Shown: positions 1 through 9,479, numbered from the stretch's first letter. The stretch is DNA of 64,000 bases from Polyangiaceae bacterium (GCA_035549735.1 DASZQI010000100.1:77165-141164), one strand, 5' to 3'. Made by a program: numbers and translations. Notes: a model not told the origin generated them from the sequence alone.

Positions 1-191
1 ATCTCGGCCAGCGGGAAATTGCGGAATACGAAGCGCAGCCGCGCACCGAATGCCTTTTGCACGGAGTGCACCACTAGATCGGCGGCCGCGCAGTGCGGGC
101 ACTGGTAGTCGCCGTACTCGACCAGGGTCAGGGGCGCGTTGGCGGGACCTGCGGCGTGGTCTTGTTCCGAAACGGGTGGACGCAAGCTCAT
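1..191 (-). CDS. DsbA/thioredoxin_4-family thiol:disulfide oxidoreductase (5' part; runs off the window start)
   Basis: Not in the ORF track. Manual translation from ATG at 191 gives MSLRPPVSEQDHAAGPANAPLTLVEYGDYQCPHC...LRFVFRNFPLAE, the classic EYGDYQCPHC/FRNFPL DsbA signature. ATGA overlap with the stop of the upstream peroxiredoxin. Confidence 0.9.
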   Translation of the reverse strand, partial: MSLRPPVSEQDHAAGPANAPLTLVEYGDYQCPHCAAADLVVHSVQKAFGARLRFVFRNFPLAE

Positions 192-670
192 TGTGAAACT
201 CCTTGGCTGTCTAGACTCTCGAGTGCGTCGAAGATGCCGTCCGCGCCCGGATTGACGTCGATGGGCGACAGATAGCTCCAGCTGACCACGCCCTTTGCAT
301 CGAGCACGAACAAAGCGCGCTCACACACCCCAGCGACGTCATCGTAAGCGCCGTAGCTGCGCGCAACAGCGCCCTTGGGCTCGAAGTCGGCGAGCAGCGG
401 GAAGCGCAACTTTCGGTCGCCCGCGAACGCTGCGTGGCACCAAACCGAGTCCACCGAGATGCCGAGTAGTTTCGCTTTCGACTTTTCGAACTCGCCGATC
501 ATCTCGTTGTAGAGCGCCATCTGGTCCCCGCAAACCGGACTCCAATCCGCCGGATAGAATGCCAGCACGACCGGCGTCCCGCGCAGCGAGCTCAGCGCGA
601 TGCGCTGTTCAGGGTTACTTCCGAGAGAAAACTCTGGCGCAATAGTGCCAGGGCTCAGAATGTTTTTCAT
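188..670 (-). CDS. Peroxiredoxin, AhpE/AhpC-TSA family redoxin
   Basis: FYPADWSPVC peroxidatic motif, GISVDS, FPLLADF, ERALFVLD. Start taken at ATG 670 (MKNILSPG). Confidence 0.9.
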   Translation of the reverse strand: MKNILSPGTIAPEFSLGSNPEQRIALSSLRGTPVVLAFYPADWSPVCGDQMALYNEMIGEFEKSKAKLLGISVDSVWCHAAFAGDRKLRFPLLADFEPKGAVARSYGAYDDVAGVCERALFVLDAKGVVSWSYLSPIDVNPGADGIFDALESLDSQGVSQ

Positions 671-800
671 GTGACCTCGTGGGAGGCAGCCTAGCGTTGC
701 AATGCAACCAAGTCGAATGAGGGCGTTTGGTAGGCCCCGCCGCATTTCGCTACATCGACGTTACCAGACTTGCGAGCGATCGACGTTTGTGTGTCCAGAG

Positions 801-1835
801 TTACGGGTTCCTTGCGCAGCGCAAGCCAATGATGCCGTGGTAGTCGGGGGAATACACATGGCGAGTCGCCGACCGCAGAGTGGAGGCCAGGTCGTTGTAG
901 GCGCCGCTGCGGGCATTCCGCCACGTGCCGCCATCCACGACCGCACAGTCGTGACAGGGCACTGGGACCGCATTCGAATTCCAGTCGAGCGTCCACTCCC
1001 ACGCGTTTCCGCCGAGATCCGAGTGTCCCCATTTCCCGTCTCCTTTTGGTTTCATCCCGACGTCTTGCATGCTCCAGCAAGTGCCGCCGCAATAGGCGGC
1101 ATAGCTGTCGTCGATCGCCGTCGAGTTTGGCGGGCTCGACCATGGATAGTACCGCTGCTCGTCCCCCCCGGCGGCCGCGTACATCCACTCGGCCTCGGTG
1201 GCTATCCGACCCCCGTCCCAAACACAGAACGCGAAGGCCGTGTACCAGTCCACGCAGTTGGCCGCCTTCTTTTCGTTGTCAGCCGGCGCGTCAGTCCAGG
1301 TCTGGTACGAGTCGTAGCACCTGAGTGCGGTCTTCAGCGCGCCCGTGTCCTCAGACAACCGGGCGGTCCACTCCGATCTCCAGCCTGACGCGGCGATTTT
1401 CGGGTGTGCGCCCGCGCCCGCTGCCGGCGGGCTTTTTTGCGTCCCCTTCCCTGCATCGACGAACGCCCGTAACCGACCAACCGTGACCTCGTACTTGTCG
1501 AGATAAAAGTCGCTCAGTGTCGCGCGAAAACCTTTGTCCAAGTGGTCGACGCCGTCGTAGCTCCGATAGTAGGTTCCGCCCGGTACCCGTAAGCTTTTGC
1601 AGCAGTCTTCCTTGCCCGAGATCCCGCACTCGGCGGGGAGGCCCTTACAGCTCGGTGCGCTCCCGCCCCAAGCCTGCTCGCGGGCAGGGGTTACCAGGCC
1701 TGCGCTTGCCCGGCCCGAAGCCATCGTATTCTGGGAGTTGGCTCCTTCGCGCTTGCAACTGGCGAACCATAGTAGCGCGCACCACAGAATGCCCCCGGCG
1801 ATTCTAGTGCCGGCAATTGAGGTCATGGGCATCAT
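801..1835 (-). CDS. Formylglycine-generating enzyme (SUMF1/FGE-sulfatase) domain lipoprotein
   Basis: FYLDKYEVTV, NCVDW...AFCVWDGGRIATEAEW, DLGGNAWEWT, GLRCAR. Lipobox-like LLWFASC. Start at ATG 1835 preferred over the track's 1886. Confidence 0.85.
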   Translation of the reverse strand: MMPMTSIAGTRIAGGILWCALLWFASCKREGANSQNTMASGRASAGLVTPAREQAWGGSAPSCKGLPAECGISGKEDCCKSLRVPGGTYYRSYDGVDHLDKGFRATLSDFYLDKYEVTVGRLRAFVDAGKGTQKSPPAAGAGAHPKIAASGWRSEWTARLSEDTGALKTALRCYDSYQTWTDAPADNEKKAANCVDWYTAFAFCVWDGGRIATEAEWMYAAAGGDEQRYYPWSSPPNSTAIDDSYAAYCGGTCWSMQDVGMKPKGDGKWGHSDLGGNAWEWTLDWNSNAVPVPCHDCAVVDGGTWRNARSGAYNDLASTLRSATRHVYSPDYHGIIGLRCARNP

Positions 1836-1926
1836 TCTCGACCGAAACAGGGCCGCTTCCGGAGCGAGCTCTAAAGTCCCGGACAAATATCCGTGTGCTT
1901 ACCTGCGAAAGGCTTTGCGACCTCGT

Positions 1927-3063
1927 TCACCTCTTGCCAACTACGGTGATCTGGGCGGCGTCCGTCGTACCGAGACCGTCGGTTTGTAAGGCTGTCAGGT
2001 ACGGAACTTTGTTCGGCGCGCATTTCATGACCAGACTCGCGATGGTGTCCACGGCGACGGCATTTTTGCTGGCCAATATGAGCCGCATGTTCTTGGTCGA
2101 AGATGCGTAATCGTAGGTGCCGCTATCGTCCCAGACGGGCAATGGGCCGTGTTGCAGCCCCTGCAAGCCGTCCATGACTACGAAGTCTGCAGGGCGAATC
2201 CCATAGTAGTCGCGGATGAACTCTCCCAGGGTCTGCGGGCTCGTGTGATCGATCTTGGTCCGCGTGCAGACGTCTTGATTCTCAGCGGCGCCATATTGTC
2301 CCGCGGGCGTAGCCCCGAGAGCTAGACTTTCCACCGCACCCCCGATCCCCGCCCATGCGTCGGTGGCGAGCGTGGGGATGCCAATGACGGCGTCCGCATC
2401 AACATAACGCCGGTTTATCCAATATTGCCTTCCGCCGCGCGCAGTGTGCTGCTCGAGCGAGGTCGTGCTGGTGTCATCACATCCGGTGCCTTCGAGCGCG
2501 ACGAATTCATCGACTGACGATCCGAAGTTTTCCGAATTGTATCCGAGAAGCGCATAGACCGTCGGTGTGGTGAGCGTCGATCCCTCCATGATCAAGATCT
2601 TCCCGGTCGGGTTCTTGGCACGCACCAGGTCGGCCACCACTTTCACCACTCGCCAATCGGTGTTGACTCCGCTCACGGTCTTACTGGCCAGGGTCTCACC
2701 GGCATCTTGATAGAACGTGATCAGGTTGGGTTTCAGCACCACGGTCTGACCGTCCTTGATGAAATCCAGACCCCCAGACTGGGAGACCGCACTGCCGACG
2801 AGCTCCGCAACGTCGGACATCGTCAGCTCCATCGCCTGCTGTTTCGACGACTGGAGCATCGCCACCACGTAGTTCGCGTCCGAGCTGCCGGAATTCATAC
2901 AGCCCAGCGGTGCCAGGGCCAGTCCGCACAGGGCGTAGCCAACGAGCTGCTTCAGCGCCCGCGCGCCGATGACGCTCTCTCCGTTTAGCCGCCCCAAAAC
3001 GCTTTCGCTTGGTTTCCGAGCTTTTGTTCGCCCGTGCCGTTGGCATGGCAAGAGTCCGCGCAT
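1927..3063 (-). CDS. DUF362 domain lipoprotein (start uncertain; probable 3' frameshift, true end likely 1871)
   Basis: VVLKPNL, TDWRVV, MEGS, DFVVMDGLQGLQHGP, ILASKNAVAVDT are DUF362-type motifs. Lipobox LAPLGC. Confidence 0.75.
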   Translation of the reverse strand: MRGLLPCQRHGRTKARKPSESVLGRLNGESVIGARALKQLVGYALCGLALAPLGCMNSGSSDANYVVAMLQSSKQQAMELTMSDVAELVGSAVSQSGGLDFIKDGQTVVLKPNLITFYQDAGETLASKTVSGVNTDWRVVKVVADLVRAKNPTGKILIMEGSTLTTPTVYALLGYNSENFGSSVDEFVALEGTGCDDTSTTSLEQHTARGGRQYWINRRYVDADAVIGIPTLATDAWAGIGGAVESLALGATPAGQYGAAENQDVCTRTKIDHTSPQTLGEFIRDYYGIRPADFVVMDGLQGLQHGPLPVWDDSGTYDYASSTKNMRLILASKNAVAVDTIASLVMKCAPNKVPYLTALQTDGLGTTDAAQITVVGKR

Positions 3064-4088
3064 TCGTTAGCGCTGCAGTTGAGCGTGAACACTCCGAGAT
3101 AGGACATGTTCGGGTCGATGCTCGTGTCCGCGCCGAGCCGCTTGGCCTGCTCATCGGTCGTCGCCTCTTGACCGCCAGCGATGTCGCAGTGGTGTCCGGC
3201 CTCGTACAGCGGTTGACCGACCAGGTAGATATGTGCGTCCGGGTTGACCCTCGCGCGCGCGGCTTTAATCATGGATTTGACCTGCGCGTCGGTCGCTGGC
3301 GTGATGATGCAAATCTGGACCATGATCGCCTTGACCACGTCCTTCCCGCCGATGGCCTTCAGCTTATTGTCGAAGCCAGGCCAAGCACTGCCGCCTTCCA
3401 CCCATTGCGGGACGCACTGTGCGCCGGTGCCATACCCGTCCGACGTCCACATGATCTTGCCGTTGACCGCCTTGTATCCATTGCCAATGTTATTGGCCAT
3501 CGAGCAGCCGATATAAGCAATGGAGTTGTTTCCAGTCGGGGGGCAGGGTTTGGCCGTGGCAGTGCCACAAGTTCCGGACCCGCCCGAGCCACCTGATGCG
3601 GTGGTTCCGCCGGAGCTGGGCGAGCCGCCGGTTCCGCCGCTACCGGGGCTGCCTCCTTTTCCGCCTCCGCCGAACATGCCGCCTTTTCCGCTGCCGCCGT
3701 TTCCGCCGGGGGAGCTACCGCCATTGACGGTGCCGCCGGTCGAGGTCGACCCGCCGGTGTTCACGGCACCGCCGGTGTTCACGGCACCGCCGGTGTTCAC
3801 GACACCGCCGGTGTTCACGACGCCGCCAGTGCTCACCACGCCGCCGGTGTTCACGACACCGCCCGTACTCACCACGCCGCCAGTGCTCGACTGACCACCC
3901 GTGTTCGCGACACCGCCCGTGCTCACCATACCGCCCGTGCTCACCGCACCGCCCGTGCTCACCACGCCGCCGGTGCTTGTCGCGCCGCCCGTACCGGGAC
4001 CGTTGTCCGTGGGCCCACTGCAGCCAAGCACAATTACCGCCGCCCAAACCGGTACGGCGAGCCCGTTGATAACTCGCGTTTGTTTCAT
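2985..4088 (-). CDS. Gly/Thr-rich lipoprotein with C-terminal SGNH-like domain
   Basis: Lipobox VIVLGC, about 15 TGGxx(S/N) repeats, then IAYIGCSM ... DSCHAN resembling SGNH blocks I and V. Confidence 0.65.
   Translation of the reverse strand: MKQTRVINGLAVPVWAAVIVLGCSGPTDNGPGTGGATSTGGVVSTGGAVSTGGMVSTGGVANTGGQSSTGGVVSTGGVVNTGGVVSTGGVVNTGGVVNTGGAVNTGGAVNTGGSTSTGGTVNGGSSPGGNGGSGKGGMFGGGGKGGSPGSGGTGGSPSSGGTTASGGSGGSGTCGTATAKPCPPTGNNSIAYIGCSMANNIGNGYKAVNGKIMWTSDGYGTGAQCVPQWVEGGSAWPGFDNKLKAIGGKDVVKAIMVQICIITPATDAQVKSMIKAARARVNPDAHIYLVGQPLYEAGHHCDIAGGQEATTDEQAKRLGADTSIDPNMSYLGVFTLNCSANECADSCHANGTGEQKLGNQAKAFWGG
3733..3995 (-). repeat. 18-bp coding tandem repeat, about 15 units (TGGVVS/TGGVVN/TGGAVN)
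   Basis: Repeated ccgccggtgttcacg(g/a)ca-like units are visible on the + strand. Confidence 0.9.
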
Positions 4089-4419
4089 AGCTACTCGATG
4101 TCGTCCTGAGCTGACTGCGACCGATGAGGAGTCGACTGGGCCTATGCGACGACAGAGGCGAATCGATCAGTCAAACTGAGAACGAGTTCCGGACGAGTTC
4201 GCGCGCTCCGACACCCGCTCGTTCGAGAACGAGGTGGGATCACTTTTCTTGATCGATTGGGCCGCGCGCCTGCATGCCGCGCCATCTCGCAGAGGGCGAA
4301 ATAACGCCGGGGCACTGGAAAAGACCAGCTCCTCAGCTTTTTGTGATCGATAGCGCGGCGTGGTCGCATAGTGATAGCCACGCCGTTCAGAGCCGCAGCA
4401 TTGCTGTCCGAGCGCAGCT

Positions 4420-5241
4420 TTACTGCGCGATGCAGTGCTCGCGCATGGTGGCCCAAATCAAGTCGGCGATCACCGTCGCGCCCGTTTCCGAAGCCTGAAT
4501 ACCGTCGGCACTCGTGTATTCAGGGTGTCCGAGCCAATGCGGTTGCAGATCGATGAAGTGGCACGGGACGGTGCTCTCTTCGCATGCCTGCGCAACCAGC
4601 GGCCGTAGGGCGGCGACACCGGCGATGCTAGGCAACTCGGGCTGAAGAAAGTAGATGATATCCGTGACAGTCCCGTCTCTAGCGACCGTGGACAACAGCT
4701 GCTTGAAACCACTCGCCGCCTTCGCGACCGAGCTGTCGCTACCGCCGGCGGTCAGCGTGTCCCAAGTTCCCCCGTCCATAATGAGTACCTGGATTTTCGT
4801 CGGGCCGGCCTGCCGAGTGCTGTATTGCGTCGCGATCGTCGCAATCGACGTGCTCGGGGCAGCCAGAATCACGTAGTCTTCGTCAGGACCCAATGCACCC
4901 GCAGCGCGAGCCAAGTCGCGCACGCGCGTGTGCTGGGTCGAGGGAATCGTTACCCACGAATCTCCGATCCAAACCACCGCATCCGGGTTCATGCGACCAA
5001 CCTCGCAAGTCGCGCCGCCATCGCCGCCGGAACCTGGCCCGCTACCCCCCGAACTCCCGCTCACTCCTGCGCCGCCGCTAGCATTCGCATTCCCGCCGGC
5101 TCCGCCACGCGCTGTGCCGGCCATCGCCGCGTCTCCTCCGGCGGCATTGCCAAGCCGAACCCGTCGGCCCCCGCAGCTCGCGGAGGCGACGAGGGCCAGC
5201 AATAGCCCGGTGATTCGCAGGCGAGGTCCGGCTAAAACCAT
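4420..5241 (-). CDS. SGNH/GDSL hydrolase-like lipoprotein
   Basis: Lipobox ASASC, Gly linker, VVWIGDSW (block I), IMDGGTWD (block III-like), SADGIQ (block V-like). Confidence 0.75.
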   Translation of the reverse strand: MVLAGPRLRITGLLLALVASASCGGRRVRLGNAAGGDAAMAGTARGGAGGNANASGGAGVSGSSGGSGPGSGGDGGATCEVGRMNPDAVVWIGDSWVTIPSTQHTRVRDLARAAGALGPDEDYVILAAPSTSIATIATQYSTRQAGPTKIQVLIMDGGTWDTLTAGGSDSSVAKAASGFKQLLSTVARDGTVTDIIYFLQPELPSIAGVAALRPLVAQACEESTVPCHFIDLQPHWLGHPEYTSADGIQASETGATVIADLIWATMREHCIAQ

Positions 5242-5247
5242 CGCGGA

Positions 5248-5257
5248 ATGGTACCAC
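5248..5257. promoter_or_regulatory. Putative symmetric bidirectional extended -10 promoter (TGGTACCA palindrome)
   Basis: TG-n-TACCAC lies 7 nt before ATG 5265 (+) and TG-n-TACCAT lies 6 nt before ATG 5241 (-). Only 23 bp separate the divergent starts. Confidence 0.45.
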
Positions 5258-5264
5258 CCTCACG

Positions 5265-6365
5265 ATGAAGTCGGCCACTCGCCTGCTCAGCGCGTTGCTC
5301 GCGACGAGCGCAGCGGAGGCCGCGCACGCTGCGGACCCCAACGCCAGCGTGCAGCTCGAGGTGCGCGCGGCGCCCGACTGCACCTCCCAGCAGGACCTGA
5401 GCGTGCGCATCTCGAATCGCTTGCCGCGCGCGCAATTCCTCGATGATGGCGCCGCACTGGGCGTTCGAGCGCAGTTTGCGACTTTGCCTTCGGGCAACGT
5501 GGTTGTGGACGTCACGCTGACCAAGGCGGGCGCGAAGCCCTCGTCGCGGCGATTGGTCGCTCGATCTTGCGCGCAAGCCGCGGACGCTGCGGCGCTGATT
5601 GTCGCGGTGACGCTCGATCCCACGTCGCTCGTCGACACGACTAAGGCAGACGAAAACGTTTCGCCGTCGCGACCGAGCTCTCCTCCGGGATCCCAGGGCG
5701 GCGCCGCGACTGGAGCCGAGAGGAAGACAGCCCCTGTCGGCAGAGAACCCCGGCGCGACGGGGACCCGTTTCGGGCCGAGGCGCCTCTCGGAGCCTCGGC
5801 AGAGGCAGGTCTCGCCGTTCCTCCCTCCCCGACCTCGGCTGGCTCTGCGCGCTTTGGTGCGCAGATTTCGGCGCAAATGCTGGGCGGAGTGGCACCCACG
5901 CTCATGCCCGCCATCGCCGTCTACGCCCTGGCCGGACTCGACCGAGAAACGCCCTGGTCGCTCGCCGTCGTGCTCGGCGCCAGCCATAGTTTCGATGCGA
6001 GCGTCGAAGAAAAGGGTGGCACTGCGACCTTTTGGCTGGACGCCGCAAGCCTGGACGCCTGCGCGCTTCGTTTTCGCGTTCGGTCGCTCGAAGCACGTGC
6101 TTGCGCTTCGACGCTCGTTGGACGCCTCTCGGCGAAGGGCACCGATACCACGGACAGCGCAGGTGTCGTGCGACGACCGCTCGTAGCCACGGGTGCAGCC
6201 GCTTTGATGACGCTCAGGGTCGCACCGACACTGGAGCTCATGGCGCGCGCAACGGTCGGAGTGAATCTGATCCGTGACTCCTTCGAATTCGCCCCGATCG
6301 TTTTTCATACCGTGCCTAACATGACGTTTGGTGCAAGCGTTGGAATTGGCATTCGCTCTCGCTGA
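5265..6365 (+). CDS. Exported hypothetical protein with Cys-paired N-domain, Pro-rich linker and beta-strand-rich C-terminus (ECF-associated myxobacterial type)
   Basis: Signal peptide, APDC...ARSC..AA.A.ALIVA motif, amphipathic strands ending GASVGIGIRSR. Confidence 0.6.
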   Translation: MKSATRLLSALLATSAAEAAHAADPNASVQLEVRAAPDCTSQQDLSVRISNRLPRAQFLDDGAALGVRAQFATLPSGNVVVDVTLTKAGAKPSSRRLVARSCAQAADAAALIVAVTLDPTSLVDTTKADENVSPSRPSSPPGSQGGAATGAERKTAPVGREPRRDGDPFRAEAPLGASAEAGLAVPPSPTSAGSARFGAQISAQMLGGVAPTLMPAIAVYALAGLDRETPWSLAVVLGASHSFDASVEEKGGTATFWLDAASLDACALRFRVRSLEARACASTLVGRLSAKGTDTTDSAGVVRRPLVATGAAALMTLRVAPTLELMARATVGVNLIRDSFEFAPIVFHTVPNMTFGASVGIGIRSR

Positions 6366-6393
6366 CCACGCGCTCGCCACTCGACTACAGGAC

Positions 6394-7185
6394 TTAGGGC
6401 CCCGCGCGGTTCTTCAGGCGTGACACGCGATCAGCCAACGGGCCTCCGCCGTATTCCGCCGCAAATCCGTCCGCCAAGCCACGAGCTTCCGCATTTCGAC
6501 CGAGCTGGGTGAGGGCTTCGATCTTCAGCGCCGCTGCTTCCGGACGAAAACTGCCGGACGGATACTTGCTTTGATACTGACGCACCAGACCGAGCGCACG
6601 CTTGCTGGAGCGCGCGGCAACCGCAGCGCGAGCAGCATCGATGAGCGCGATTTGCTCCTGAATATCGGCCGCGGATTGAGTCGGACGGCTACGCGCGGAA
6701 GGTGACGTCACTGGTACCTCCGAAGTCGGCGGAGTCGCAGGCCGGACGTATTCCGGTGCGGAGCCAGGAGTGACGGAGGAGGGCGCGCCTACCGGTTGCG
6801 ACGCTGACAGCGATTGCACAGGCGCCGGCGCAGCAGGTTGCGCGGGACCGGGAGCCCTTTCTTTCGGGCGCGCCGCGACGATTGCCGCAGCTACCCCCGC
6901 AACCACCACGCCCGCGGACAGCCAACTGAGCAAGCCACGCGAACCACTGCCGACAGCGGACGCCGTGTTCGGGTCTGGATAGCGCTGTTCGAGCGGGGCG
7001 AGAGCGGGCGGCGCGACGCCGATCGCAAGCGCCATTCGTTCACACAATTCCCGCGGTGGTTCTTCGCGAGAGGCGGCGTCCAACACCCGTCGCTCGAGGT
7101 CGCTTCCTGCTCCGGCGCGCAGGCGGGCAGGGACGTTTGAATCATCGCCCAACGTGCGATCGGAACGACTCATCGTTTCTCCCAC
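6394..7185 (-). CDS. Putative anti-sigma factor (single TM, Pro-rich linker, C-terminal TPR-like domain)
   Basis: Overlaps the ECF sigma stop. TM WLSAGVVVAGVAAAIVAA; C-terminal EQIALIDAARAA...YPSGSFRPEA..L.IEAL motif. Confidence 0.7.
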   Translation of the reverse strand: MGETMSRSDRTLGDDSNVPARLRAGAGSDLERRVLDAASREEPPRELCERMALAIGVAPPALAPLEQRYPDPNTASAVGSGSRGLLSWLSAGVVVAGVAAAIVAARPKERAPGPAQPAAPAPVQSLSASQPVGAPSSVTPGSAPEYVRPATPPTSEVPVTSPSARSRPTQSAADIQEQIALIDAARAAVAARSSKRALGLVRQYQSKYPSGSFRPEAAALKIEALTQLGRNAEARGLADGFAAEYGGGPLADRVSRLKNRAGP

Positions 7186-7781
7186 CGCCGCAGGTTGCGC
7201 TCAGCGCGCGCGATCGCGGCGCGGAATTGTTCACGAGCACGGCGCAAACGCGACGCCACGCTGCCTAGAGGAACTTCCAGTAGGGCTGCGATCTCCGGCG
7301 AGGACAACCCTTCGATTTCGTAGAGCACGAACGCCTCCGCCAGTTCCGGATTTAGTTTCGACAACGCCCAGTCACAAAGCTGAATTTCGGCTTTCTCGTC
7401 GGCGACGCCGGCTACGTGTTGATCCATGTCGTCCTCGAGTTGCCAGCGGACCGTCTTACGGCGCAACGTGTGCGCCACGCGAAGCGCGGTCCCGACGAGG
7501 AAGGCTCGCTCGCTATCCGGTTGAATATCCACGAGGCGCTGCGCAGCAACCAAGAAGGTTTCCTGGGTAGCATCGGCTGCCGCATCCGGCGTCAGCCCTC
7601 GGCGGCGCAAGGTGCGCCAAACCGTCGCATGGTGGGCGGCGAACATTCGTTCCAGCCGAGCGCGATCCGCATCCGAGCGCGGCGACGGGCGGTCGCGAAC
7701 AGCCATCAATTTGTCGCTCATTCGCGTACTGGCAGCAGCCTGCTCCTGGCTGCTATGCGCCCTCGGTGGGCTTTCGATCAA
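7170..7781 (-). CDS. ECF sigma-70 factor
   Basis: Region 2 AADATQETFL, region 4 FVLYEIEGLSSPEIAALLEVPLGSVASRLRRAR. Confidence 0.92.
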   Translation of the reverse strand: MIESPPRAHSSQEQAAASTRMSDKLMAVRDRPSPRSDADRARLERMFAAHHATVWRTLRRRGLTPDAAADATQETFLVAAQRLVDIQPDSERAFLVGTALRVAHTLRRKTVRWQLEDDMDQHVAGVADEKAEIQLCDWALSKLNPELAEAFVLYEIEGLSSPEIAALLEVPLGSVASRLRRAREQFRAAIARAERNLRRWEKR

Positions 7782-7820
7782 AGAAACTGATGGTCACATC
7801 AAAATGCGCCGCCGGGGCCG

Positions 7821-9479
7821 TTAGCCGAACGGATTCTTGAGCTCGCTCTTCGGGGCGACACGGCGCGGTGCTGCTCGAACCGGGCGTCGCGGAGCGGGCG
7901 CGGGCGCTTGCGGGCTGAGCTCCCGCTGCTCGCGTGGGGGCGGCGCGAGCTCTTCCGACGGCAGGTTCGCCGTCGCGGCAGGCTTTGGCAGCGCGCGATC
8001 CGCAGCCGGGGGCGGCGCAACGGTACGAGTCGGAGCGCGACGTGGACTCGGTGCACGCGCGGGCTCTGTGTCGATTGCGTCGTTGCTATCGTCCGAGCTG
8101 GGCGTGGCCGCCCACACTGCGGCACCAATGAAGGCCAGCAGCGCAGCCAGCGCGGTGCCCACCAAGAGTCCTCGATTGCCGGCTGGTTTCAGGCTCGCCT
8201 GCTTCGCGGTCGGAGGGCGGCGCACGCTGATGACGCCGCCGAGGCCTTCGAAAATGGCGCCAATGCGCCGAGTGCCGCTGCTCGCCGCGGGGCTCACGGC
8301 GAGCACTGGCACGACCTCACGCTGCGGCGATTCGGGGTTGGCGGCGGAGGGCGCTTGCGACGGGAAGAACGAGTTCATCTCGCCCGTGTTCGGACCTTCG
8401 TCGAGCCAGGCGCGCAGCGAGGCGTCGCAAATGTCTTCTTTCACGCCGCGCGCGAGCAGCCATTCGGCAAGCTCGCGGCCGAACGCGCGCATGCTTTGAA
8501 AGCGCAGGTTGACATCTTTGGTCAGACCCTTGCTGAGGATGCGCCACAGGCCCTCGTCGTTGATCTGATGCTCGGAGATCGGACGCGGCTCGGAGTGGAT
8601 CACGTTCCACATCGAGGCGTGATAGCTGTCGCCCTCGAACGGGCGGCGGCCGGTGATCATCTGGTAGAGCACGACCGAGAGCGACCAGACGTCCGCGCGC
8701 GCGTCGACTCCGGGCTCTCCGCGCAGCTGCTCCGGCGCCATGTACGCCGGGCTGCCAATGACCGCGCCGTCGCGCGTGATGCGTTCCGCGCCGCGCTGCT
8801 CGAGCTTGGCAATGCCGAAATCCAGCACTTTGGGCTGCAAGCGATTGCCCGCCGGCCGCGACAGGAAAATGTTCTCGGGCTTCAGATCGCGGTGCACGAT
8901 GCCGCGCTCGTGGGCGGCGCTGAGCGCGTCCGCGATCGGCAGCAGGGTTTGCACAGCGCGCGAAGGGCGCAGCCGGCTGCGGCGGCGAATCGCCTCCGCC
9001 AAGCTTTCACCGCGCAGGAGCTCCATCACGATGAAGGGATCGCCGAACTCGCTGAAGCCGAAATCGAAGACTTGAATGATCGCCGGATGGCCGATGCTGG
9101 CCGCTGCGCGCGCCTCCTGCAGCATGCGCTCGGCCACTCCATCGACTTCCTCGGCGAGCTCGGCGCGCATCAGCTTGAGCGCGACGTCGAGGTCCAGGGT
9201 GCGGTTCTTGGCCAGCCACACCGAACCCATGCCGCCCTCGCCCAGCACCGCGGAGAGCTGGTACTTGCCGACCACGATGTGGCCCGCCGAGTACCGCCCC
9301 GCGTGCAGCCCAACCGCCCGCGCTTCGGGCGCGGTGGGCGGTACGGTCTGGGCGCCGTCCGAATCATCCCAAGCCACGAGGTCCTCCTCGTCGCCGGGAA
9401 GCGGGGTCGCCTGTTTGCGTGCTTCGGCAGTCATTTCCCAGGGAGCCGAAGGGCGGTCCTCCGCTCCTACCCCCTCCAA
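7821..9479 (-). CDS. Membrane Ser/Thr protein kinase (Hanks type)
   Basis: LGEGGMGSVW, VALK, HRDLKPEN, DFG, GSPAYMAPE; TM near the C-terminus; ends NPFG. Start uncertain. Confidence 0.95.
   Translation of the reverse strand: MEGVGAEDRPSAPWEMTAEARKQATPLPGDEEDLVAWDDSDGAQTVPPTAPEARAVGLHAGRYSAGHIVVGKYQLSAVLGEGGMGSVWLAKNRTLDLDVALKLMRAELAEEVDGVAERMLQEARAAASIGHPAIIQVFDFGFSEFGDPFIVMELLRGESLAEAIRRRSRLRPSRAVQTLLPIADALSAAHERGIVHRDLKPENIFLSRPAGNRLQPKVLDFGIAKLEQRGAERITRDGAVIGSPAYMAPEQLRGEPGVDARADVWSLSVVLYQMITGRRPFEGDSYHASMWNVIHSEPRPISEHQINDEGLWRILSKGLTKDVNLRFQSMRAFGRELAEWLLARGVKEDICDASLRAWLDEGPNTGEMNSFFPSQAPSAANPESPQREVVPVLAVSPAASSGTRRIGAIFEGLGGVISVRRPPTAKQASLKPAGNRGLLVGTALAALLAFIGAAVWAATPSSDDSNDAIDTEPARAPSPRRAPTRTVAPPPAADRALPKPAATANLPSEELAPPPREQRELSPQAPAPAPRRPVRAAPRRVAPKSELKNPFG

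Noticed and set aside
3733-3995. Possible CRISPR array
   Set aside because: Contiguous 18-bp in-frame coding repeats with no unique spacers and no cas genes.
4089-4419. 330-bp gap as a riboswitch or ribozyme
   Set aside because: No recognisable conserved core; CCGATGAG lacks hammerhead stems and GAAA.
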